Source: Candidatus Peregrinibacteria bacterium
GTDB lineage: Bacteria; Patescibacteriota; Gracilibacteria; Peribacterales; Peribacteraceae
Length of the DNA: 43,407 bases
Direction of reading: 5' to 3'
Assembly: GCA_018662075.1 (NCBI GenBank)
Contig: JABJGX010000011.1
Coordinates: 1 to 43,407, forward strand
The position numbers and the translations under genes were made by a program. Of the stretch, positions 16,790 to 25,679 are shown piece by piece (position 1 is the first letter of the stretch; each line of letters starts with the position of its first letter). The notes beneath the pieces are model-generated. The model searched no databases, was not told where the DNA came from, and worked only from the letters and a program-made list of their open reading frames with translations.

Positions 16790-17041
16790 ATGCCTCACTA
16801 CTTCTATCTTGCCCGCTGTAAAGACGATTCGCTGTACAGTGGAACATGTATCAACCTAGAGCAGCGCGAAGCCACGCATAACGCAGGAAAAGGTGCCAAG
16901 TACACACGGGCAAAAGGCCCCGTGAAGTTTGTGTACCACGAAACATTTGAAACCCTCAGCGAAGCCCGCAAACGTGAAGCCGAAGTAAAAAAAATGTCTA
17001 AGACAGAAAAGGAGAAGCTAGCATCAGAAATATCCCCTTAA
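16790..17041 (+). CDS. GIY-YIG nuclease superfamily protein (UPF0213/YhbQ-like, 83 aa)
   Basis: YFYLARCKDDSLYSGTCINLEQREATHNAGKGAKYTR...ARKREAEVKKMSK is the typical stand-alone GIY-YIG pattern. Confidence 0.8.
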   Translation: MPHYFYLARCKDDSLYSGTCINLEQREATHNAGKGAKYTRAKGPVKFVYHETFETLSEARKREAEVKKMSKTEKEKLASEISP

Positions 17042-17051
17042 TACCTAATAC

Positions 17052-17504
17052 TTAATGATGGTACCCCGTCCCCTTTTGTATTTGATGTGCTCTATAAAGT
17101 TGTTCTAGGAACACTACTCTGCAGAGTTCGTGCGGCAATACCATGTCGCTCAGTCGAAGCAATTTTTCACCACGACTGCGTACTTCATCTGTCAGTCCGA
17201 ATGCACCACCAAGAACGAAGATCAGTGGAACACTACAGTCTCGGCACTGTTCAAGCGTCTTTGCAAATGTAAGAGATGTCATCTGCGTACCAGTTTCATC
17301 GAGCACCCAAACTTCTCCTTTCATCTTTTCAAGCTTCTTCAAAAGAGCATCGCTATCTTCCTGCTTCTGCTTAACCTCATCTTTCTGCTTACTCGCAGGT
17401 ACTTCTATCACATCGATGTCGATACGACCGAGATACTGCTCGCACCCTTCTTTCGCCCAAGCAGTCTTCACGGAGCCGACTGCAAGGAGGGTAATCTTGT
17501 TCAT
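17052..17504 (-). CDS. rlmH: 23S rRNA (pseudouridine1915-N3)-methyltransferase RlmH (SPOUT)
   Basis: The length and the C-terminal block FVLGGAFGLTDEV...LSDMVLPHELCRVVFLEQLYRA fit RlmH. Confidence 0.9.
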   Translation of the reverse strand: MNKITLLAVGSVKTAWAKEGCEQYLGRIDIDVIEVPASKQKDEVKQKQEDSDALLKKLEKMKGEVWVLDETGTQMTSLTFAKTLEQCRDCSVPLIFVLGGAFGLTDEVRSRGEKLLRLSDMVLPHELCRVVFLEQLYRAHQIQKGTGYHH

Positions 17505-18973
17505 TATTTCTTTTGAAGGACTGCAACAGTTTCAATGTGCGCTGTGTGTGGGAAGAGGTCTACTGGTTGCACCGAACGAAGCTCGTATCCTCCCTTCAGG
17601 AAATCTCCAAGGTCACGGGCAAATGTTGATGTATTACATGACACATAAATAATCTTCTGCGGACTATGTTCTAGGATTGCTTCACGTGCCTTTGGATGAA
17701 GACCCGGCCTTGGTGGATCTACAACAATAGCATCAAACGTATATTTTCCTCCGTGCTTCAACTGGTTATGGAGCACCTGTTCTGTTCGTCCTTTATAAAA
17801 AGTAATGTTGCTAATGCGATTCTTTCCTGCACTTTTTAGTGCATCTTCAATGGCAGTCGGATGGCTCTCGACTCCAATAACTTTATCGCAATACCGAGAA
17901 AGATACTGACCAATTGTTCCCATGCCACAGTATGCGTCGAGGATGGTGTCACGAGGAGAAAGGTCTGCGCCATCTGCAATTGCCTTATATAACTTCTCGG
18001 CTGCCAGCGTATTTGTCTGGAAGAATGAAAACGGTGAGATTTCAAACTCAAGGTCAAAGAGCCTCTCTGTTACTGTCGGCTTTCCAACTAGTGTATGAAC
18101 GACTGGGTCTTCTGGCCTATCGTTGACACTGTGGTTTTCAATAACCTGCAATGAAGCAAGTCCGCTACGACCAGCAAAGCGCATAAAATGCTGGAACAAT
18201 GGTTCAAGCTCTTTCTTCCGTGCTTTTACCACAAACCCAATCATATGCTCTCCTGTCTGTACTCCGCGCCGCAACAGAAGACTACGAAGCATTCCTTTAT
18301 GTGTCTTCGGGTTGTAGACAGGAAGCTTTGTATCCTGCATGAACCGATTCACATCCTGCAGAAGCACCCCAATCTGCTCATCATACAAATGGCACTCAGT
18401 AACAGGAAGTACTGTTTCCCAGTTTCCAGACTGATGAAACCCAATAGAAGGGTTCTCATCAAAGTAGATCCTTTTCCCATTCTTCTCCTCTGCCCTCATA
18501 TTCTGATATCCAAAGCTCAGTTCTAGCTTATTACGATAATGAAAGACCTGTGGGCTTGGAATGATACTTAAGACACGTCCAGGAAGCTGCTTTCGAAGCT
18601 CTTCGTCTACAGGGGTCAAATGCTCGAGGGTTTCTCGTACAATGTTCTCTTTATAGTCAATCTGCTTGTTATAAGGCAAGTTCTGCCACGTACAACCGCC
18701 ACAATCGTAAAAATGGCTACAACGAGGTTGAATCTCTTCCATTGCCCTCTGGAGGACCTTCACAACCTTTGCCTCTAAGTAACTGCCCTTATTCTTCAAT
18801 ATGCGTACTAAAACCTTCTGCCCAGGGATAGCACCTGGAACAAACACCTTTTGACCATCAATATTGCCCAAACCCGCCCCACCAAAAGTAAGCTTCTCTA
18901 TGAGGACATCGTGGTCCTGGCCTGGTTTAACAGCTGATATAGCCTCCAGAGACTCATTATTGGGTATTGACAT
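17504..18973 (-). CDS. rlmD: 23S rRNA (uracil-5-)-methyltransferase, RumA/RlmD family (TRAM + Fe-S cysteines + SAM MTase)
   Basis: TRAM-like N-terminus (IEKLTFGGAGLGNIDGQKVFVPGAIPGQKV), CSHFYDCGGCTWQNL, SAM motif LDAYCGMGTIG, and catalytic YVSCN. There is a 1-nt stop/start overlap with rlmH. Confidence 0.85.
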   Translation of the reverse strand: MSIPNNESLEAISAVKPGQDHDVLIEKLTFGGAGLGNIDGQKVFVPGAIPGQKVLVRILKNKGSYLEAKVVKVLQRAMEEIQPRCSHFYDCGGCTWQNLPYNKQIDYKENIVRETLEHLTPVDEELRKQLPGRVLSIIPSPQVFHYRNKLELSFGYQNMRAEEKNGKRIYFDENPSIGFHQSGNWETVLPVTECHLYDEQIGVLLQDVNRFMQDTKLPVYNPKTHKGMLRSLLLRRGVQTGEHMIGFVVKARKKELEPLFQHFMRFAGRSGLASLQVIENHSVNDRPEDPVVHTLVGKPTVTERLFDLEFEISPFSFFQTNTLAAEKLYKAIADGADLSPRDTILDAYCGMGTIGQYLSRYCDKVIGVESHPTAIEDALKSAGKNRISNITFYKGRTEQVLHNQLKHGGKYTFDAIVVDPPRPGLHPKAREAILEHSPQKIIYVSCNTSTFARDLGDFLKGGYELRSVQPVDLFPHTAHIETVAVLQKK

Positions 18974-18995
18974 ATATTAATAATTATAGTATAAA
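18967..18995 (+). promoter_or_regulatory. near-consensus sigma-70 promoter TTGACA-17 nt-TATAAA
   Basis: The hexamers lie at 18967..18972 and 18990..18995, upstream of the ATG at 19018. The promoter overlaps the start of the divergent rlmD-like gene. Confidence 0.5.
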
Positions 18996-19017
18996 TATCT
19001 CCCTCTTTTCCACGCAT

Positions 19018-19947
19018 ATGAGAATCAAACCTTTTCTTTTCATCGGCACAGCTCTTCTCGGATTAATGGTCTCCCTCAGCATGCAGGGGCAAAGCGTACC
19101 AGATCTCGATGGAACCGCAAGCAGTATTGGAGTGCAAACTGCAACCATGCTTAGTGTATATGCCGAAAGAGCAGTAGAGGTAGAGCATAATCATGCAGAA
19201 GAAGAGCTCGCTATTCAGGAGGCAGCAGACGAATCTCAATTACGTGCTACAACAAGATCTATAGAAACTGCAAAGACTGCAGCACCAGAACAAAAGCTTC
19301 TTGCAGTCCTCGACCAGCCAAGCATTGAAATGAACCACAAGCTTATTGCAAACGATGTCCTTATGGCTCTACCAGAAACATGCCGTAACACCCTCAAGAA
19401 GTTCTACGTACGATACGAGAAGCCAGAACATAGAGGCCTTGCTGGTAAAAGTGTCATGATCCTTGATGGGACAGTGCCAGATACTGAATTCCGCGCATTG
19501 TTCGTTCATGAGAGTGGTCACAACTGGGACCTTGGTTGTTTAACCGGAACCAAGGACAGTGGAAAGAGCGCATTTAGTGACGGAGACGAAGCTATCTACA
19601 AAAACGACCCGAGCCTTGGTTTCTACCAGATCTCTTGGCTGACATCTGAAGTACAGAGAAGTTCTACTCGAAGTGAAGACTTTGTATCTGGATACGCTTC
19701 ATACAACATCTTCGAAGACTTTGCAGAGAGCTTTGCATACTTCGTACTACAGAACGAGCAGTTCGCAGCACGTGCACTAGAAAATGACGCGCTAGCAAGG
19801 AAGTATGTCTTCATTCGCGATACAATCTTTAACGGTCAGATCCCGCGTCTTGCAACAGGAAAATCTATCTACAAAGGGAAAGCTCCATGGGATAGCACAA
19901 AGCTCGCCTACAGTTGGCACCCAGACAATACTGTTGCACAAAGGTAG
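19018..19947 (+). CDS. secreted protein with an HExxH zinc-peptidase-like motif
   Basis: Start moved from the TTG at 18967 to the ATG at 19018, giving a signal peptide MRIKPFLFIGTALLGLMVSLSMQG. Motif FVHESGHNWD with a downstream acidic segment FEDFAESFAYF. Confidence 0.6.
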   Translation: MRIKPFLFIGTALLGLMVSLSMQGQSVPDLDGTASSIGVQTATMLSVYAERAVEVEHNHAEEELAIQEAADESQLRATTRSIETAKTAAPEQKLLAVLDQPSIEMNHKLIANDVLMALPETCRNTLKKFYVRYEKPEHRGLAGKSVMILDGTVPDTEFRALFVHESGHNWDLGCLTGTKDSGKSAFSDGDEAIYKNDPSLGFYQISWLTSEVQRSSTRSEDFVSGYASYNIFEDFAESFAYFVLQNEQFAARALENDALARKYVFIRDTIFNGQIPRLATGKSIYKGKAPWDSTKLAYSWHPDNTVAQR

Positions 19948-19979
19948 AAGACCATGAAAAAACAGGGTAAGCTGCAGCT

Positions 19980-20777
19980 ATGCGACATAGAATCTTACTC
20001 ACTATCTGGCTACTAACAGACCTCGTTGTATTCGTCGGCTCTTATGCCCTCGCATACTTTGCACGAGTCGGATTCATCATGTCCTCTGACTTTCCTTTCG
20101 ACTTATTCATTAAAGCAGCAGCGCTAACAGCGCCCCTATGGCTCATCGTTCTGATGACCACGCGAACATTTGCACTGACTAGGCGACAACGAACATTACG
20201 GAATGCTGCATACATCAGCTACTGCGCGCTTGTTGGTGTCGCCCTCTTTACACTTCTCTACTATTTCCAATACAACGCATTCTTTAGCAGACTCTTGCTT
20301 GTCACTGCCTTTGTACTATCAACAGTACTGACATGGGCGTGGCATATAGCGTTTGAATTCTTCCTTCGCCACCAGCTCTACTCATCAACAGAGTTCCCTA
20401 CTCTTATCGTAGGAGTAACAAGAGAGTCCAGAGAGCTTATTGCAAAGCTTAACCGTGAAAAGAACCCTATAAAGCCTGTTGCAATTCTGGACGGTCGCGG
20501 CTGTAAAGATACAGAGATCGACGGTGTTCCTGTGCGAGGAAAACTAAACAAGCTAGATGACGTTCTCAGCGAAGGCATCACGCACCTTATTCAGTGTAAT
20601 GACCTAGAGCAATCGCTAAACCTTCTGAGCGCGTGCAGGCAGAAGAAGATAACCTACATGGTACTTCCTTCTGTCTTTGGTATTGTCGAACGTGATGAAA
20701 AGATTGAAACACTTGAAGGGCAACCAGTCACCATGGTCAGTCCAAAAGAAAATCCATTGATGTGGTTCTTCAAATAG
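19980..20777 (+). CDS. N-terminal (TM + CoA-binding-like) portion of a polyprenyl glycosylphosphotransferase, lacking the catalytic sugar-transferase domain
   Basis: Four TM helices are followed by PTLIVGVTRESRELIAKL...VAILD...IDGVPVRGKL. This matches the N-terminal two thirds of WcaJ/EpsB-type enzymes. The ORF stops (TAG) where the catalytic domain normally begins. Confidence 0.55.
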   Translation: MRHRILLTIWLLTDLVVFVGSYALAYFARVGFIMSSDFPFDLFIKAAALTAPLWLIVLMTTRTFALTRRQRTLRNAAYISYCALVGVALFTLLYYFQYNAFFSRLLLVTAFVLSTVLTWAWHIAFEFFLRHQLYSSTEFPTLIVGVTRESRELIAKLNREKNPIKPVAILDGRGCKDTEIDGVPVRGKLNKLDDVLSEGITHLIQCNDLEQSLNLLSACRQKKITYMVLPSVFGIVERDEKIETLEGQPVTMVSPKENPLMWFFK

Positions 20778-20778
20778 T

Positions 20779-21729
20779 ATGCATGCTTTCATTCTCGCCG
20801 GCGGCTTTGCAACACGGCTTTGGCCTTTAACAGAAAAGAGAGCAAAACCACTACTCCCCGTTGCAGGTGTGCCACTGGTGGAATATTTGGTACGCGATAT
20901 CCCAAAAGATGTACCGATTACTGTTAGTACAAATGCATTTTTTAAAGAACCTTTCGAGGAGTGGGCGAAAACTACTGGAAGAGGGAACATTACTATCCTT
21001 ATTGAAGAGACTAAAAGTGACGACCAAAAACTTGGAGCACTCGGTGCAACTGCGCAATGGATAACTGAAGCAAAAATTCAAGAAGATGTTCTCCTACTTA
21101 CAGGGGACAACTACTGTGGATTCTCTTTTGATACATTTCTTGCAGCGGCCAAGCCAGGCACCACTCTTATCGCTGTACATGACATCGGGTCGCTCGATCT
21201 TGCGAAAGCATTTGGAACTGTTATTGCGGAAGACTCTGTCGTCAAAGCCTTCGAAGAAAAACCAAAAGAACCGAAAACTACACTGGTGAATACAGGATGC
21301 TCACTACTACCAGCATCAACACTCAGCGTTCTTGTGGAACATGCAAAAGAGCACCCGGACAATGTTGGTGGCGTCTTTGAAGAGCTACTCAAAAGAGATT
21401 TTCCCATAGAGTGTTTCTCTTTTTCCGAACCATGGTTCGACATTGGCTCCTTCGATGCCTACATAGAAGCAACAAAAGCACTAGTCGGGCACGCTGTTAT
21501 AGAAGAGGAAGGAGTGTCTCTTGATCGAACGAAATGCGAGGGAAGTGTTGTTATTGGGGAAAATAGCACCGTTATAGACTCCGAACTAACAGATACAGTA
21601 CTCTTCGAGGATTGCGTGATAGAAGACTGTGTACTCGACAATTGTGTGCTCGACAGAGGGTGTCACCTCAAAGGGATCGATCTCACGGGTAAAATGCTCC
21701 GGGAAGGGACGAATTTAGAGAAGAAATAA
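20779..21729 (+). CDS. sugar-1-phosphate nucleotidyltransferase with a C-terminal left-handed beta-helix
   Basis: MHAFILAGGFATRLWPLTEKRAKPLLPVAG is the NTP-transferase signature. The C-terminus has hexapeptide-like repeats (VIEDCVLDNCVLDRGCHL). Confidence 0.8.
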   Translation: MHAFILAGGFATRLWPLTEKRAKPLLPVAGVPLVEYLVRDIPKDVPITVSTNAFFKEPFEEWAKTTGRGNITILIEETKSDDQKLGALGATAQWITEAKIQEDVLLLTGDNYCGFSFDTFLAAAKPGTTLIAVHDIGSLDLAKAFGTVIAEDSVVKAFEEKPKEPKTTLVNTGCSLLPASTLSVLVEHAKEHPDNVGGVFEELLKRDFPIECFSFSEPWFDIGSFDAYIEATKALVGHAVIEEEGVSLDRTKCEGSVVIGENSTVIDSELTDTVLFEDCVIEDCVLDNCVLDRGCHLKGIDLTGKMLREGTNLEKK

Positions 21730-21779
21730 CCAGAAATTTCGATTCTCTTCAGGCAATAACTCCCCTACACTGCGTATCA

Positions 21780-22454
21780 ATGAAGAAATTACTACTTCCT
21801 ACGCTTTTTGCGCTGGTTCTCAGCGGTTGCGGCAGCTCTACAAGCATCTCTATGGATGTAGAGTTTACGACAAGTGGAAACGATGACAGAGCAGAGCTTG
21901 TCCTTGCAACAAAGCACATTGCGGAACGGCGTCTAGAACAGCTCGGATCAGAGCTTTCTGACTTCGACGTAACCTACGGAGAAGATGCAACAGCCGTCAT
22001 TGCAATCTCTGGATCTAACCCAGATGCAATGGAAGAGCTTCTTGCCCAGATGACAGAGCCTTTCGCAGTTGAAATTCGCCTAATGGCAGAGGTGCACGAG
22101 GAAGGTGACATTGCAGTAGAAGGACTTGGCAGCTTCCGCGACATCGACATTCATAAAAAGGATATGAAATGGGTTTTGAGCCGAGCTATGGAAGCAAATC
22201 CACTCAACCGCGGAGAAATAATGATCCAGTTTACAGAAGAAGGAACAGAAAAAATGGATGCACTCTTCAGTGAGCATTCAGGAGAGGACATCGGACTCTT
22301 TATCCGTAACCAACTCGCAGCAAACTTCGCTATTAATCAGGACTCATTTGGTGGTGCCATCACTATTCCAAATGTTCCATCTGCAGAACTTGCCCAAATT
22401 TTCGCTGACGATATGAACGTCGGTATTAATATGACATTTACTCAATCTCAATAA
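21780..22454 (+). CDS. lipoprotein that is a stand-alone paralog of the SecD periplasmic P1 domain
   Basis: Lipobox LVLSGC. Two blocks align by eye with the downstream SecD:
- IAERRLEQLGSE... against LERRINAMGVSE...
- IGLFIRNQLAANFAINQDSFGGAITIP against LAIFVGGQLVSAPTVQSEIIGGTAVITG.
The stop TAA overlaps the secD ATG by 1 nt. Confidence 0.65.
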   Translation: MKKLLLPTLFALVLSGCGSSTSISMDVEFTTSGNDDRAELVLATKHIAERRLEQLGSELSDFDVTYGEDATAVIAISGSNPDAMEELLAQMTEPFAVEIRLMAEVHEEGDIAVEGLGSFRDIDIHKKDMKWVLSRAMEANPLNRGEIMIQFTEEGTEKMDALFSEHSGEDIGLFIRNQLAANFAINQDSFGGAITIPNVPSAELAQIFADDMNVGINMTFTQSQ

Positions 22455-24865
22455 TGACGAACTCCCGACCATACACATGGCCAACTATTACAGCTGTAAT
22501 CGCAATTGCTATTACTATTATTGCGTTGCCACAAAGTGCAAAGCAATGGGCTCCAAGCTTCTTGCAAGCTCCGTCGCTCCACTTTGGATTAGATCTCGCT
22601 GGAGGGACGCAATTGGACTTCCGAATTTCAGAAATTGAAATGGAGGACCAGATCGCAACTCTTAAAAGAGAAATTGCCGAACTAGAAGCAAAGGGATCAA
22701 GTCCAGATAAGATTATCGTTGCACAAAACCAACTGTTCAGTGTAGAACAGCAAAAAGAAGGTGTTGTAGAAGCAATCCGTACAGTGCTTGAGCGTCGTAT
22801 TAATGCAATGGGTGTCAGTGAAGCCGTTATCACTCCTTCATATATCGGAAACGAAAAGCACCTCCTTGTAGAGTGCCCTGGTGTTGTCAATACACAAGTG
22901 TGTATCTCGACCGTTGGAAAAACTATTCAACTCGAGTTTAAAGAAGAGCTTACAGAACCATCAGATGAATACGAATCTGAAATCCGAGCACATGTAAAAG
23001 AGGTGCGCGAAAGACTCAAGGACCCAGAAGTAACACTTGATGTCGTAGGTCAAGATCTAAGCTCAGACATTACCGTGTCGTATCAGCCACGTACTGAATA
23101 CTTCAAAGATTCTCTTCCAGATGGACTAGAAGGAGTATGGAACAAGAGCCCTGCAAGCGGGATCATGCAGTACGATGGAACTGTGACAGTAAATGCAACA
23201 GACAGCGCTGGTCAGCCAGCAACAACAGAAGTTCCAGGAGTGTTCATTACAGAAGTTCTTCGCGCAAAAACGCAAACTGGAAGACTCGTAAACGATGCAT
23301 CACGAGCATTCGAGATTCTTGCTCGGCAGGAAAGCACGCTCACACACAACACATACGACGACGTCTTGCTTGGAAGTAAGATCGAAGAATCTGTGACAAA
23401 GATCCTCGGCTCTATGCAGCCAGGAGAATTGCGTACAGTGATCATCGATGATAACTCTTCTGCAGTTGTCTTCCTTCGAAAATTCGTCCCAGGTCTTACA
23501 GATATGAGTGCTAGTCATATTCTTATCGCTTACGAGGGTGCAGCATCAGCAAGTAAAGATATTACTCGTTCAAAGGCTGAAGCAATGGAGCTTGCTCTAG
23601 AGGTAAAGGCAAAACTAGATAACGGATCTCGTTTTGAAACAATTGCAAAGCAGTACAGTGATGGCCCATCCGGAAAAGACGGAGGAGACCTTGGTACATT
23701 TGGTGTTGGAACAATGGTTCCTGCATTTGAACAGGTAGTGGTAAGCCAGACAAAGGGTCAGGTCTCTGCACCAACAGAAACGCAGTTTGGTTTCCACATC
23801 ATTCGTACAGATAAAATACCAACGTTAAACTCTAGCACTTCAAGCTTCGAACAGCTCACAGTACGCGGAGAAGATGCAAGTAACAGAGCAACAGAGATCA
23901 TCGGAAAGCTGCAGCGTGGTGAAGTGGAAAGCATCGAAGGAATGATCACACTTCGTTCACTCTTCTTCTCATTGCAACCAACGGGTTGGGCAGACACGCT
24001 CCTCGACGGTAAGCACTTCCGTACAGCGACTGTAACACTCGACTCTACAACAAATATTCCGATCGTTCAGATCGCATTTGATAGTGAGGGGGCACGTCTC
24101 TTCCAAGAGCTTACAAAAGAAAACATTGGAAAGAGGCTCGCAATCTTCGTAGGAGGACAGCTGGTTTCTGCCCCAACAGTACAATCAGAAATTATCGGAG
24201 GAACAGCAGTTATCACTGGTACACAAAACTTCGATGAAGCGAACCGTCTCGCAACAGACCTTAATACTGGTGCTATTCCTGCTCCTATCTATCTTGCAGG
24301 TCAGCGAACAGTAGAAGCGACTCTTGGTGCCGAGGCACTTAGAACATCACTTCAGGCAGCATTAATCGGTGTACTCATCCTTATGGTCTATATGGTTCTT
24401 GTCTACCGAATGCTAGGACTCATTGCAGACGTTGCCCTTAGTGCATACGCACTCATCTTCTTTGCCATCTTAAAGCTTCCACTCTTCCTCTTCAGCAGTA
24501 ACCACATTGTGCTGACACTCGCTGGAATGGCTGGAATCATCCTGAGTCTTGGTATGGCTGTGGATGCAAACGTGTTAATCTTCGAACGCATGAAAGAAGA
24601 GCTCCGAAAAGGAAAGATGCTCAAGACTGCAGCAGACACTGGCTTCCAGCGTGCATGGCCGAGTATCCGTGACGGTAACATGTCTACATTCATTACTTGT
24701 ACTATCCTCTTCATCATTGGAACATCAATAGTGAAAGGATTCGCCGTAACACTTGGAATGGGAGTATTGATCTCTATGTTCTCAGCTATTGTGATCACTC
24801 GCTTCTTGCTTCATAAAGTTGCACAAACAAAGCTTGCAGAGAACAAAGCATTATTCTGTGGTTAG
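22454..24865 (+). CDS. secD: protein translocase subunit SecD with an inserted PrsA/SurA-like chaperone plus parvulin PPIase module
   Basis: N-terminal TM, GLDLAGGTQL, the P1 region, and a C-terminal 6-TM bundle (ADVALSAYALIFF...FERMKEELRKG). The parvulin block SASHILIAYEG...GGDLGTFGVGTMVPAFEQ...FGFHIIRTDK lies at 23504..23815. Confidence 0.85.
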   Translation: MTNSRPYTWPTITAVIAIAITIIALPQSAKQWAPSFLQAPSLHFGLDLAGGTQLDFRISEIEMEDQIATLKREIAELEAKGSSPDKIIVAQNQLFSVEQQKEGVVEAIRTVLERRINAMGVSEAVITPSYIGNEKHLLVECPGVVNTQVCISTVGKTIQLEFKEELTEPSDEYESEIRAHVKEVRERLKDPEVTLDVVGQDLSSDITVSYQPRTEYFKDSLPDGLEGVWNKSPASGIMQYDGTVTVNATDSAGQPATTEVPGVFITEVLRAKTQTGRLVNDASRAFEILARQESTLTHNTYDDVLLGSKIEESVTKILGSMQPGELRTVIIDDNSSAVVFLRKFVPGLTDMSASHILIAYEGAASASKDITRSKAEAMELALEVKAKLDNGSRFETIAKQYSDGPSGKDGGDLGTFGVGTMVPAFEQVVVSQTKGQVSAPTETQFGFHIIRTDKIPTLNSSTSSFEQLTVRGEDASNRATEIIGKLQRGEVESIEGMITLRSLFFSLQPTGWADTLLDGKHFRTATVTLDSTTNIPIVQIAFDSEGARLFQELTKENIGKRLAIFVGGQLVSAPTVQSEIIGGTAVITGTQNFDEANRLATDLNTGAIPAPIYLAGQRTVEATLGAEALRTSLQAALIGVLILMVYMVLVYRMLGLIADVALSAYALIFFAILKLPLFLFSSNHIVLTLAGMAGIILSLGMAVDANVLIFERMKEELRKGKMLKTAADTGFQRAWPSIRDGNMSTFITCTILFIIGTSIVKGFAVTLGMGVLISMFSAIVITRFLLHKVAQTKLAENKALFCG

Positions 24866-24868
24866 ACT

Positions 24869-25210
24869 ATGGATACCATCCTCATTCAGGACCTTAAAGT
24901 TTCAACTCATATCGGTATTACCGAAGAAGAACGTGCAGACAAGCAAGAGCTAAAAGTATCAGTGTGGATACGAACTGATATACAAGCGATTGCAAAATCT
25001 GATGATATCAACGATGCAATTGATTACGCAGAAGTAGCCCTAAAAATACAAGAGCTGGGAGAAACAGAACGAAAAACGTTAGAACGATTCGTCGAAGACA
25101 TTGCACAAATGATTCTTGATACATTCTGCACAGAAGATGTATCTGTATCCGTTGATAAATTTGCCCTGCCTGATGCAGAGCGTGTTGCCATTACTATTAA
25201 CCGACCATAG
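24869..25210 (+). CDS. folB: dihydroneopterin aldolase
   Basis: DTILIQDLKVSTHIGITEEERADKQELKVSVWI...DDINDAIDYAEV matches the FolB family. Confidence 0.85.
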   Translation: MDTILIQDLKVSTHIGITEEERADKQELKVSVWIRTDIQAIAKSDDINDAIDYAEVALKIQELGETERKTLERFVEDIAQMILDTFCTEDVSVSVDKFALPDAERVAITINRP

Positions 25211-25668
25211 CATCTGTTTTTATTGCTATTGGCAGTAATATTGATGCAGAACAGAACATGAAAACCTGTGCAGAGATGTTACGAACACAGTTTCCAGACA
25301 TTGTATTTTCTGGTGTATACCAAACTGCTGCCAGGGACGTCGAAGACCAGGACGATTTCTTAAACTGTGTAACACAATGTAACACACAGAAAAGTCCGGA
25401 AGAGGTACACAGCATTCTTCTGCACATAGAAAAGACATTGCAGAAAAGCGTACCGTACCTCAAAGGTCCACGGACAATCGACTTAGATATTCTTCTCTAT
25501 GATGATCTGCACATAGATACTGAAACCCTAGAAATCCCACATCCTCGCATGCAAGACCGTCGTTTTGTACTAGAGCCCCTGTGCGAACTATCTGGTGACC
25601 GTACATGGAAACACGCACTCAAAAAAACTCTCGATCAATCCTGCCAGAAGACAGATTTAAGCCTATAG
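25207..25668 (+). CDS. folK: 6-hydroxymethyl-7,8-dihydropterin pyrophosphokinase (HPPK); start codon unresolved
   Basis: The conserved N-terminal strand [14 protein letters not shown] lies at 25216..25257, upstream of the first ATG (25258). The frame opens only at 25201 and contains no ATG, GTG or TTG before 25258. [12 protein letters not shown] and [11 protein letters not shown] confirm the family. Confidence 0.65.
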   Translation: MASVFIAIGSNIDAEQNMKTCAEMLRTQFPDIVFSGVYQTAARDVEDQDDFLNCVTQCNTQKSPEEVHSILLHIEKTLQKSVPYLKGPRTIDLDILLYDDLHIDTETLEIPHPRMQDRRFVLEPLCELSGDRTWKHALKKTLDQSCQKTDLSL

Positions 25669-25679
25669 TAAGCCTCTCT

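Noticed and set aside
25196-25215. Programmed -1 frameshifting that would fuse FolB to FolK.
   Set aside because: There is no X-XXY-YYZ slippery heptamer and no obvious downstream structure. A non-canonical start or a sequencing indel is more parsimonious.
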